Below, piece after piece: positions 57,452-64,000 of a stretch of DNA of 64,000 nt. The DNA lies in contig CAYTFU010000005.1 of NCBI GenBank assembly GCA_964437185.1, positions 2,528 through 66,527 of the forward strand, written 5' to 3'. The notes under the pieces were generated by a model that did not search any database, was not told where the DNA came from, and was given only the letters and a program-made list of their open reading frames with translations. The translations under genes and the position numbers were made by a program. How positions within the stretch are numbered: position 1 is the stretch's first letter; each line of letters opens with the position of its first letter. This DNA is from an uncultured Candidatus Saccharibacteria bacterium (GTDB lineage Bacteria; Patescibacteriota; Minisyncoccia; Phycocordibacterales; UBA2100).

Positions 57452-58039
57452 CTATTCCGCACGCGGAGGTAACTTAAAAAGACTCCGGAGCCACCGATCC
57501 CCTTCCACCTCATCCGTGACGATATACAGCACTTCCCTTCCCACAGAAAAGTCGGTCTTAATCATTGAAATGATATCTTCACAATCGTGCGGGAAAATCC
57601 AAACGCTATCTTGCAATTTGATGAATCCAATTTTGATAAGCAGGTGACGTAATCGATCACGTGCCAAACGGCGACGCTCGGTAATATCAAACATGACGAT
57701 TCGCCACTTACCGTCCCACTTTTTTGGTGACTTGTATTTTGCCGATCCGAGCTCAAGACGAAGTAGCAATTGCTCACCGCGTTTAGTGAGCTCTACGCCC
57801 CTTTTGGGGCCAGAACCTACCACACGAATGAGGCCCCTACTTTCCAACCTTCGGCGAGTTGCGGACACACGTGAGGCATAGCGTGATCGGGGACCATCAA
57901 TGTACTTCAATAGCCGCAGTGCATTTGGAGCCACCGCCGCCATAGCCAGAAATCCCACGACTTTAATCGATTCAAGAACTGCGCGTTGAATATTTTGCTT
58001 CCGTGCTCTCTTTTGAACTCTTGCCTCTACCTTACCCAT
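57452..58039 (-). CDS. winged-helix-like N-terminal domain fused to a Cas2/VapD-like C-terminal domain, paralog B
   Basis: 195 aa; N-terminal segment GFLAMAAVAPNALRLLKY; C-terminal WRIVMFDITERRRLARDRLRHLLIKIGFIKLQDSVWIFPHDCEDI; same architecture as 35243..35839. Confidence 0.55.
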   Translation of the reverse strand: MGKVEARVQKRARKQNIQRAVLESIKVVGFLAMAAVAPNALRLLKYIDGPRSRYASRVSATRRRLESRGLIRVVGSGPKRGVELTKRGEQLLLRLELGSAKYKSPKKWDGKWRIVMFDITERRRLARDRLRHLLIKIGFIKLQDSVWIFPHDCEDIISMIKTDFSVGREVLYIVTDEVEGDRWLRSLFKLPPRAE

Positions 58040-58075
58040 TATCTTATTCTACTACGATCGTATAATTATAAGATA
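58039..58075. repeat. hairpin-forming repeat B2 (atcttat...ataagat arms)
   Basis: atcttattctactacgatcgtataattataagatat; immediately upstream of the paralog B start. Confidence 0.6.
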
Positions 58076-58101
58076 TGGGGCTTGTGCAGAAGCTGGCCGA
58101 T

Positions 58102-58686
58102 CTACGTGTTTGAAATTTGCTTGCGGCGGTATACGAGCACGGATACCAATACGATATTGACCGCGATGATGAAACTTGGATAGAGCGTGTTGGTGAGTGT
58201 GAAAGACGCGAATGCGAAAAATCCGACGACGAACTTCGCGATCGAAAGAATGAAGAGGCTCATAGTTTCTTCGTACGGTTTGAGATAGGCCTTGCGCAGC
58301 ATGGGCCCCATCGCGACCATGTGCGTGGCAGTGACGATGAGTACCGCGTGCAAGGGATCGCTCGTCGCGCGCCAGAGCACGATTCCCATGAGCGCAGCGA
58401 CCAAGCAGATCCAATCAAAAAGCACGACCTCGACCCGTCCGTGAATCATCGCAAAAATCGCAATCGCAAGCACCGCCGCCGCGCTCACGCCCGTCACCCA
58501 TGCACCTGCCCCAGCGCCCGTCACGACTTGTGCGGCAAACGTAATTCCCATAAGAATTGCGAAGGCAACCCACGACACGGGGTGCGGCTTAGTCGTTCCC
58601 TTCAAGATATCTCGAATGTACGGCACATAGCTTACAAGCGCGATCACGACCGCGAGTGCACCTGCTACCGCCTGAATATTTCCCAT
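58102..58686 (-). CDS. polytopic membrane protein, paralog family member 3
   Basis: 194 aa; shared N-terminal motif YVPYIRDILKGTTKPHPVSW and C-terminal RRKQ. Confidence 0.55.
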   Translation of the reverse strand: MGNIQAVAGALAVVIALVSYVPYIRDILKGTTKPHPVSWVAFAILMGITFAAQVVTGAGAGAWVTGVSAAAVLAIAIFAMIHGRVEVVLFDWICLVAALMGIVLWRATSDPLHAVLIVTATHMVAMGPMLRKAYLKPYEETMSLFILSIAKFVVGFFAFASFTLTNTLYPSFIIAVNIVLVSVLVYRRKQISNT

Positions 58687-58739
58687 AAGAGGAGCATTCT
58701 AGCACCCGCGTGCGCCTCCTTTACACAGAACGCTGTGCA

Positions 58740-59747
58740 CTAGTTGATCTCGATGTCGATGTGGTACACACTTGGGAACTTTTTGCGGATGCGAGCTTCA
58801 ATCTCGTCGATCTTTTTTCCCATTAGACGAGGAATCCGATCAGCGTAGTCGACGCAAAAGCGCTTGAAAGATTCGTAGTCGCCCTTTACCTCCTCGTATT
58901 CATTGCGTAGGGCGGCTTGCTGATACGCACCACCGAATAGTGCCGCTCCATTAAACTCCACCTCACACTTAATTCTATACACTCCATAACCAAGCACGGC
59001 TGATTTAAAATCGATCACTTTTTCTATAGCTGGCTCCTTTTGCAATAGTTCAATAATTCCCTCCTCTACAGGCCCTGGTATGGCTTTGCCGAGGAGGTAC
59101 GCCCGATTTTTAATGATGAGGATAATGGCGACGACCGCGAGGAGCGAGGCGATGACAATCGAGCCGAGCGCATCCCACACAGCGCTTCCCGTGATGTATG
59201 CGAGTGAAATACAAATAAACGCAACACACACGCCGACCACCGCGACCGCGTCTTCGAGGAACACCGCGAGGGTGGAGGGATCTGCTTGAGCGAGGCGCTT
59301 ACTCCACCGTGCGCGCGGAAAAGCCTTTTTCAGTTGATCCGCGGCGACCCAGAGCGTCCAGGATTCGATCGCGAGTGAGACTGCGAGAACGCCGAATACG
59401 AGGAGCGATAGTTCGACGGGATGCGGGTGAAGTAGAGAGGAGACGCCATGATACGCTGTCACGCCAGCACCGACGAAGAAAATTCCGCACGCAGAGATCA
59501 GCGCCCAAAACGAAAGCTCGTTGCCATATCCGTAGTCAAAGTTGTCATCGGCTTTTCTCCGTGATCTCTTCAGCCCGATGAGTAGGAGCAACTGATTAAG
59601 CGTGTCGGCAAAACTGTGCACCGCTTCGGAAAACATGGAGCTCGATCCAGAAATAACCGCCGCCGCAAATTTGATCCCCGTAACAATCGTGTTGCCGACG
59701 AGCGCGGCAGCAACAGATGTAAATCCCGTCTGGCTTCGTGATGTCAC
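58740..59747 (-). CDS. cation diffusion facilitator (CDF) family metal efflux transporter
   Basis: six TM helices with HSFADTLNQ and HGVSSLLHPHP motifs, C-terminal cytoplasmic domain. Confidence 0.8.
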   Translation of the reverse strand: MTSRSQTGFTSVAAALVGNTIVTGIKFAAAVISGSSSMFSEAVHSFADTLNQLLLLIGLKRSRRKADDNFDYGYGNELSFWALISACGIFFVGAGVTAYHGVSSLLHPHPVELSLLVFGVLAVSLAIESWTLWVAADQLKKAFPRARWSKRLAQADPSTLAVFLEDAVAVVGVCVAFICISLAYITGSAVWDALGSIVIASLLAVVAIILIIKNRAYLLGKAIPGPVEEGIIELLQKEPAIEKVIDFKSAVLGYGVYRIKCEVEFNGAALFGGAYQQAALRNEYEEVKGDYESFKRFCVDYADRIPRLMGKKIDEIEARIRKKFPSVYHIDIEIN

Positions 59748-60223
59748 AGAGATCAGTGTATATCCTCACGAACAAAAACATAAACCTATATCCAAAAAAC
59801 ACTTATGCACCTTGATAAATTGACAGATTTTCGACGCGGGTGTGTAATCGTCGCACGTAATCGCGTGCGTACGCGATTACGGGGGAAGGCTGTACGGAGG
59901 CGGTCTCTGTACGGTATGTAAACGCTCATAAAGAGGAAGCGTGCCACATGAACCGAATCGACGGACTCACCGGCACTGCGCTGGCAGCCACGACGGGAAT
60001 AATTTCGCTGGCCCCGTCTATGGCCCTGGGTTTCAACGGCCACTTGGGAAAGGCGGCAATACTGGGCACCGCTAGCGCCCTCCTGCTCGTCGCCGCCAGC
60101 GTCGGGTGGCGAAAATACCATCGCTCCACACCCGGCTTGCTGCTGGGGATGTTCGTCCCCCGTTAAATAAACGGGGAAATATCCTAACAAGGGGTTGGTT
60201 GGCAGGATGATTTCTGCCAACCG

Positions 60224-60237
60224 CCTCCCCTTTCAAG
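60224..60237. repeat. 14-bp direct repeat cctcccctttcaag, left flank of GC-rich island
   Basis: identical copy at 60906..60919, 682 bp away; inverted partial copy ttgaaaggg at about 60961. Confidence 0.55.
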
Positions 60238-60386
60238 GGCTTAACCACGAGTTGAGTTCTAGAAAGAGGAGGCAGATTGACATATGTAGTTTTTTTGTTC
60301 ATAATTTTTCAACCCCGATTAGATTCGGAGGAGTTCTATGACACCGAGCCGCATCACGGTGAATTGATGCGGATATAGGAGAAAAC

Positions 60387-60818
60387 ATGCCAAAAATCCC
60401 CGACGATGGGAGCGCTTTGGCCCTCGCCATGAGGACCAACGTCATGGCCGGGCTCCCGCCCGCGACCGACCTCACCGACCTCAAAATTATTGAGGTTCGA
60501 TACCCGCTCACCGACTCCAATGCTCGCCAGCCAGTGTTCCGCATTGCCGTCGCCAACGATCGCGTTGTCGCTGTGCAACATGGAACGTACACGGCACGAC
60601 GCGACACCTGGGGATCTTGGGAAGCGTATTTTGGATTGACGCAACGGGGCCTGCGGGGCCTGAACGAAGCTCCGCTTGTGCCTATGCCTAATACTCTCCG
60701 CAAGATTTTGAATCGGGCGCGGCCGACACTTCCCCAAGAAGCCAAAGCAGTTTCGGCGGTCGTACGGGAGGCCCAGCAATCTTGGAACGATTGGAGAACG
60801 CGAGACACCGCTGCCTAA
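60387..60818 (+). CDS. hypothetical protein in GC-rich island
   Basis: 143 aa, GC3-rich codons, no recognisable motif. Confidence 0.4.
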   Translation: MPKIPDDGSALALAMRTNVMAGLPPATDLTDLKIIEVRYPLTDSNARQPVFRIAVANDRVVAVQHGTYTARRDTWGSWEAYFGLTQRGLRGLNEAPLVPMPNTLRKILNRARPTLPQEAKAVSAVVREAQQSWNDWRTRDTAA

Positions 60819-60905
60819 TCCCCCTAGGTATTTTTGCACTACGGGGCACCGTATCTACCTCGGGGAACTGAGGAGTGAGTCGTCTGGATGATTCCATACG
60901 ACCCT

Positions 60906-60919
60906 CCTCCCCTTTCAAG
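60906..60919. repeat. 14-bp direct repeat cctcccctttcaag, right flank of GC-rich island
   Basis: see 60224..60237. Confidence 0.55.
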
Positions 60920-60985
60920 CTCTTCAGCGCATTTGCTTGCCATGAGCACTGTCGAATGGAGCGTTTGAAAGGGGAAAAACAAAAT

Positions 60986-61849
60986 CTACAGCACTCGCTT
61001 GTTGTAACTGAGCTTGATGAATTCGCCGGGGACTATGGATCCCGCGTTACCATTGATCTGCACGGAGGGAAATATATAGGTAGGTAGATCAAGCGTCTTG
61101 TCGCGCGCCGTGCGCATCGTGATAAATTCTTCTTTACTCGTGCCATCGCGTACGTGAATATTTTTTTCTCTCTCTTCCCCCACCGTCGTGCTGAAGAGCA
61201 CACCGCGGCCTTTGCCCTCAGGATAATCGTGGCAGAGGTAGATCAATGTCTCTGGCGGGTAGCTCGTCAGAATTTTGCGTACTGATTCGTACATCGTATT
61301 TGCGCTTCCGCCTGGAAAATCGCATCTCGCAGTGCCCATATCCGGCGCAAAGATCGTGTCTCCGACGAAGAGCACGCCCCCGATTTCGTAGCACATGTCT
61401 GCTGGCGTGTGGCCCGGCGTATGCATAGCGCGCGCCGGAATGTTGCCGAGGGAGAAACTCTCGCCATCCGCAAACAGATGATCAAACTGCGATCCATCGG
61501 TCTTAAAATTGTCGTTAAGGTCAAAAACTTTTTTCAGATACTCCTGCACGACGGGGATTTTGTTGCCAATTCCCTTCTTTCCGCCGATTTTTTCTTTCAG
61601 GTACGACGCAGCCGATATGTGATCGGCATGCATGTGCGTCTCGAGAAGCCATTCATTTGTGAGCCCCTGCTCGCGTATATACGCAATCGCCGCATCGGCG
61701 AGTTCCGTGCTCGTCTCGACATTTTTGTGATTGTAGTCGAGCACCGAATCGATAATCGCCGAGCGTTTCGTCCCCTTGTCCCACACGACGTACGTCACGG
61801 TGTGCGAATCGGCGTCGAAAATTGGATGTATGACGAGATTGGGGTTCAT
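60986..61849 (-). CDS. MBL-fold metallo-hydrolase, persulfide-dioxygenase / glyoxalase-II-like
   Basis: ETHMHADHISAA (H-x-H-x-D-H), 287 aa; adjacent to rhodanese. Confidence 0.7.
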   Translation of the reverse strand: MNPNLVIHPIFDADSHTVTYVVWDKGTKRSAIIDSVLDYNHKNVETSTELADAAIAYIREQGLTNEWLLETHMHADHISAASYLKEKIGGKKGIGNKIPVVQEYLKKVFDLNDNFKTDGSQFDHLFADGESFSLGNIPARAMHTPGHTPADMCYEIGGVLFVGDTIFAPDMGTARCDFPGGSANTMYESVRKILTSYPPETLIYLCHDYPEGKGRGVLFSTTVGEEREKNIHVRDGTSKEEFITMRTARDKTLDLPTYIFPSVQINGNAGSIVPGEFIKLSYNKRVL

Positions 61850-61886
61850 GGAGCGTTTTTAATTGTACATGAATAATTGCTGTCGA

Positions 61887-62411
61887 TTATGGGCGATTCC
61901 ACGGCATCTTCGCGAGGAAAAACGCCATGCCGCACCAACCGCTTACACCCGCAAAGATAAGTCCGATGCCTGCGGCGATTGGAATGACGAGATACGAAGA
62001 GCCTGCGAAGAGCGCAAGTACGCTCCCGAAAACAATGAGAGACCCTGACGCGATGAAGACTTGCCGCATGAGAGGTAGTCGCGTTGTCGTAGCTTTCGTC
62101 TCGAGGCCCGCCTCCTCCCACGCCAAAGTGCCACCCTCCACGTTCACGAGTTCGGCAGTGACCCCGAGCGATTGAAGCTTCTCGATTGCTCGCCCGCCTC
62201 TGCGCCCTGATCGGCAGTGAATGTAGATAGTCTTTTTGCCATCAAATTCCCCCCTGCGCGCTTCAAGATCATCAAGCGGCACCGATCGGACGCCCGGAAT
62301 GTGCTTCTCCGCGTACTCCGCAGGCGTGCACACATTGACGAAATCGACGGATGGATTGTTTTCCTCCGCCTTTAGTACTTCTTTAAATGCTGCGATTGAA
62401 ATGGTTTTCAT
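61887..62411 (-). CDS. rhodanese domain fused to C-terminal DUF2892-like membrane domain (YgaP-like)
   Basis: IYIHCRSGRRG active-site Cys loop; two C-terminal TM helices. Confidence 0.7.
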   Translation of the reverse strand: MKTISIAAFKEVLKAEENNPSVDFVNVCTPAEYAEKHIPGVRSVPLDDLEARRGEFDGKKTIYIHCRSGRRGGRAIEKLQSLGVTAELVNVEGGTLAWEEAGLETKATTTRLPLMRQVFIASGSLIVFGSVLALFAGSSYLVIPIAAGIGLIFAGVSGWCGMAFFLAKMPWNRP

Positions 62412-62424
62412 ACTTAATTATTGG

Positions 62425-62670
62425 CTACGAATTAATGAGTGATAGTAAGGAGTCAATTTTCCTTTCTCCGCTCTTCTTCGAGAGCGTCGTGTGAACGAAG
62501 CACGTAATGAATGCCGCGCGCAGAGAGGAGAACGACCGTGAGGCCGCGCGCAGTGTCGCGGCCGCCTTCGTACAATCGGGCTCCTGCTGGGCTAGCTCGC
62601 GCTTCACCGATGCGAGCTGTCCTTCAAGGCGACTAATGTGATGGATAAGTGATGTTGGTGTGTTCTTCAT
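62425..62670 (-). CDS. CsoR/RcnR/CstR-family metal- or persulfide-sensing transcriptional repressor
   Basis: LIHHISRLEGQLASVKREL...DC...AFITCFVH: all-helical CsoR-family pattern with two Cys; start placed at MKNTPTS. Confidence 0.65.
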   Translation of the reverse strand: MKNTPTSLIHHISRLEGQLASVKRELAQQEPDCTKAAATLRAASRSFSSLRAAFITCFVHTTLSKKSGERKIDSLLSLINS

Positions 62671-62726
62671 GACCGCAGTATACACATACCCCCCAGGGTA
62701 TGCAAGAGGTGCGCGCCGCTCGCCCC

Positions 62727-63101
62727 TCAATTCCCGTTCTTTCGCAAAATCTTTTCCATCGCCCTCCCTTTTGCCAGTTCGTCGATGAGTTTGTCGAGAT
62801 AGCGCACTTCGCGCATCACAGGATCCTTAATCTCTTCCACGCGAACACCGCAAATGACGCCCGTGATCAACGTGCGTGAAGGATTGCGATGCGGCGCTTT
62901 CGCAAAAAAGTGTTCGAAATCAGTCCCCTTTTCAATCTGCGCGCGCATCTGCTTCTCGCTATACCCCGTCAGCCAACGAATAATTTCGTCGACCTCTTTT
63001 TTTGTACGACCCTTCCTCTCAGCTTTTTTCACATACATCGGATACACCATTCCGAAGCTCATTGTATACACGCGATTCAATGTCTTTGAGTCTTCTTTCA
63101 T
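62727..63101 (-). CDS. conserved hypothetical protein (DUF2200-like)
   Basis: 124 aa, [34 protein letters not shown]; family assignment from memory only. Confidence 0.35.
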   Translation of the reverse strand: MKEDSKTLNRVYTMSFGMVYPMYVKKAERKGRTKKEVDEIIRWLTGYSEKQMRAQIEKGTDFEHFFAKAPHRNPSRTLITGVICGVRVEEIKDPVMREVRYLDKLIDELAKGRAMEKILRKNGN

Positions 63102-63308
63102 ATCGTGATCTCATTATGCCTCATGCACATGCCCATGGAAATGTCTGCATGAATATGATATAATGCACCTATGAAAGTTGGTGGGAAAACAACCGTTTTG
63201 ACTCCACAGAAAAAGGCCGCCATCAAAGCCGGTAGCCTTAAGTCCGTGCTCACTTCGTTCAAAATTGAGGGCGTTACGTTCTCGCCTTCTCAAATCAATT
63301 CTATAAAA

Positions 63309-63899
63309 TCACGCATGCAGCTCTCGAAATAACTCCTGCATCAGGCCGTATTCCTTTTTCAAAGTCTGTTGGATGGCCGCGATATACCGTTCGAAGTTGT
63401 GATCTTTGGTGATTAGCTCAAAATCCAGATCGGCACCCGTCTTTGCGACATGGACAAGACGAGTGAAGAGACGAACGACTCTGCCGTTTCCTTCTCGAAA
63501 CGGATGTATATAGAGCAATTCCGCATGCAATGCTGCAAGATGGTCGAGTATTTCTGATTTCTGCCAATCACGGACATGGATCGGCGCGAGATATTCTTCC
63601 GCAAATGCGGCGAGCGTTTGTGGTAAAAATTGAGCTGAGGCGAACATAAAATCGCCCTTGGACATGTTTACCGTGCGCAGATTCCCCGCAAAATCGTACA
63701 TGGAGCCGAGAGCACTCTTATGTAGATCGTACAAATAATCGAGCGAGAATATTGTCTTTTCACTTAACGCATCGATAGCATCATGTTCAGCTCGCAGAAA
63801 CCCTGCCGCCTCCTCCTCATTAATAGCATCACGATCGATGAGGCCTAGTTTGTTCGGCAAAAACTCATCTTCGTTCGGATTCGTTGCGTACCGATCCAT
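63309..63899 (-). CDS. Fic family protein (AMPylation / Doc-like toxin domain)
   Basis: HPFREGNGRVVR Fic motif H-x-F-x-(D/E)-G-N-G-R-x-x-R. Confidence 0.8.
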   Translation of the reverse strand: MDRYATNPNEDEFLPNKLGLIDRDAINEEEAAGFLRAEHDAIDALSEKTIFSLDYLYDLHKSALGSMYDFAGNLRTVNMSKGDFMFASAQFLPQTLAAFAEEYLAPIHVRDWQKSEILDHLAALHAELLYIHPFREGNGRVVRLFTRLVHVAKTGADLDFELITKDHNFERYIAAIQQTLKKEYGLMQELFRELHA

Positions 63900-64000
63900 A
63901 GCTATATTCTACCCTGTCCCCCCACTTTTTGCGTGCATACATACAACTCCTACGATCCTAGGTCTTGTATGTGTGGGTGAACCACGCCGCCAAAACAACA

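Noticed and set aside
1-64000. rRNA genes, CRISPR arrays, transposases or integrases
   Set aside because: I scanned for rRNA-like conserved stretches, regularly spaced short repeats, and DDE/tyrosine-recombinase motifs and found none. The only mobile-element-type protein seen is the HNH endonuclease.

Overview
This 64-kb window looks like a compact, gene-dense bacterial chromosome segment, about 52-55% GC by eye. The gene content resembles a reduced-genome uncultivated lineage, possibly CPR/Patescibacteria-like, but that is inference. Evidence for the lineage: a short IF-2, a 4-domain S1, archaeal-type GH57/GH15/PGI-PMI sugar enzymes and many VirB2/TrbC-like pilin paralogs. Recognisable blocks, in order:

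- A thymidylate-synthesis cluster, dcd-thyA-dCMP deaminase-tmk-glyA (124-4100).
- An alpha-glucan/sugar cluster: ROK kinase, PGI/PMI, GH15, GH57, GT4, HAD (5964-13152).
- tRNA-Leu(CAA), miaA, tRNA-Trp, rpmG, tRNA-Tyr, clpB, an S1-family protease, cysteine desulfurase, infB-rbfA.
- A tRNA cluster (Cys, Leu-TAA, Lys, Leu-TAG) with an HNH endonuclease inserted in it.
- A tandem array of five pilin-like small membrane proteins plus a solute-binding protein, then a SAM methyltransferase and gyrA.
- rpsA, pth, lepB, a divergent HisRS-like gene, rpsU-ybeY-ftsA-ftsZ, trxB.
- A diaminopimelate/lysine operon (lysA, dapB, dapA, dapL, dapF).
- An AICARFT-only purH, cupredoxin paralogs, pyrE-pyrF, a CDF transporter.
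- A CsoR/CstR-like repressor with a rhodanese and a persulfide-dioxygenase-like MBL protein, and a Fic protein.

The most unusual features are:

1. Two paralogous roughly 195-aa proteins that fuse a winged-helix-like N-terminus to a Cas2/VapD-like C-terminal domain. Each is bracketed by its own hairpin-forming direct repeats. One copy sits at the 3' end of pth, with a duplicated pth terminus beside it.
2. A recurring pattern of short duplicated gene ends: tRNA-Leu(CAA), tRNA-Leu(TAA), tRNA-Lys, rpmG and pth. These look like site-specific integration scars.
3. A perfect 613-bp tandem duplication that creates a chimeric PurH-cupredoxin ORF.
4. Several 60-66% GC islands carrying unknown ORFs. Two of them (about 660 and 680 bp) are flanked by 12-14 bp direct repeats.
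5. Two tiny ORFs with consensus Shine-Dalgarno sites, followed by alternative hairpins and a strong terminator, which looks like an attenuator.

No rRNA and no CRISPR array were seen. All functional calls rest on motif recognition by eye. No database search was run.
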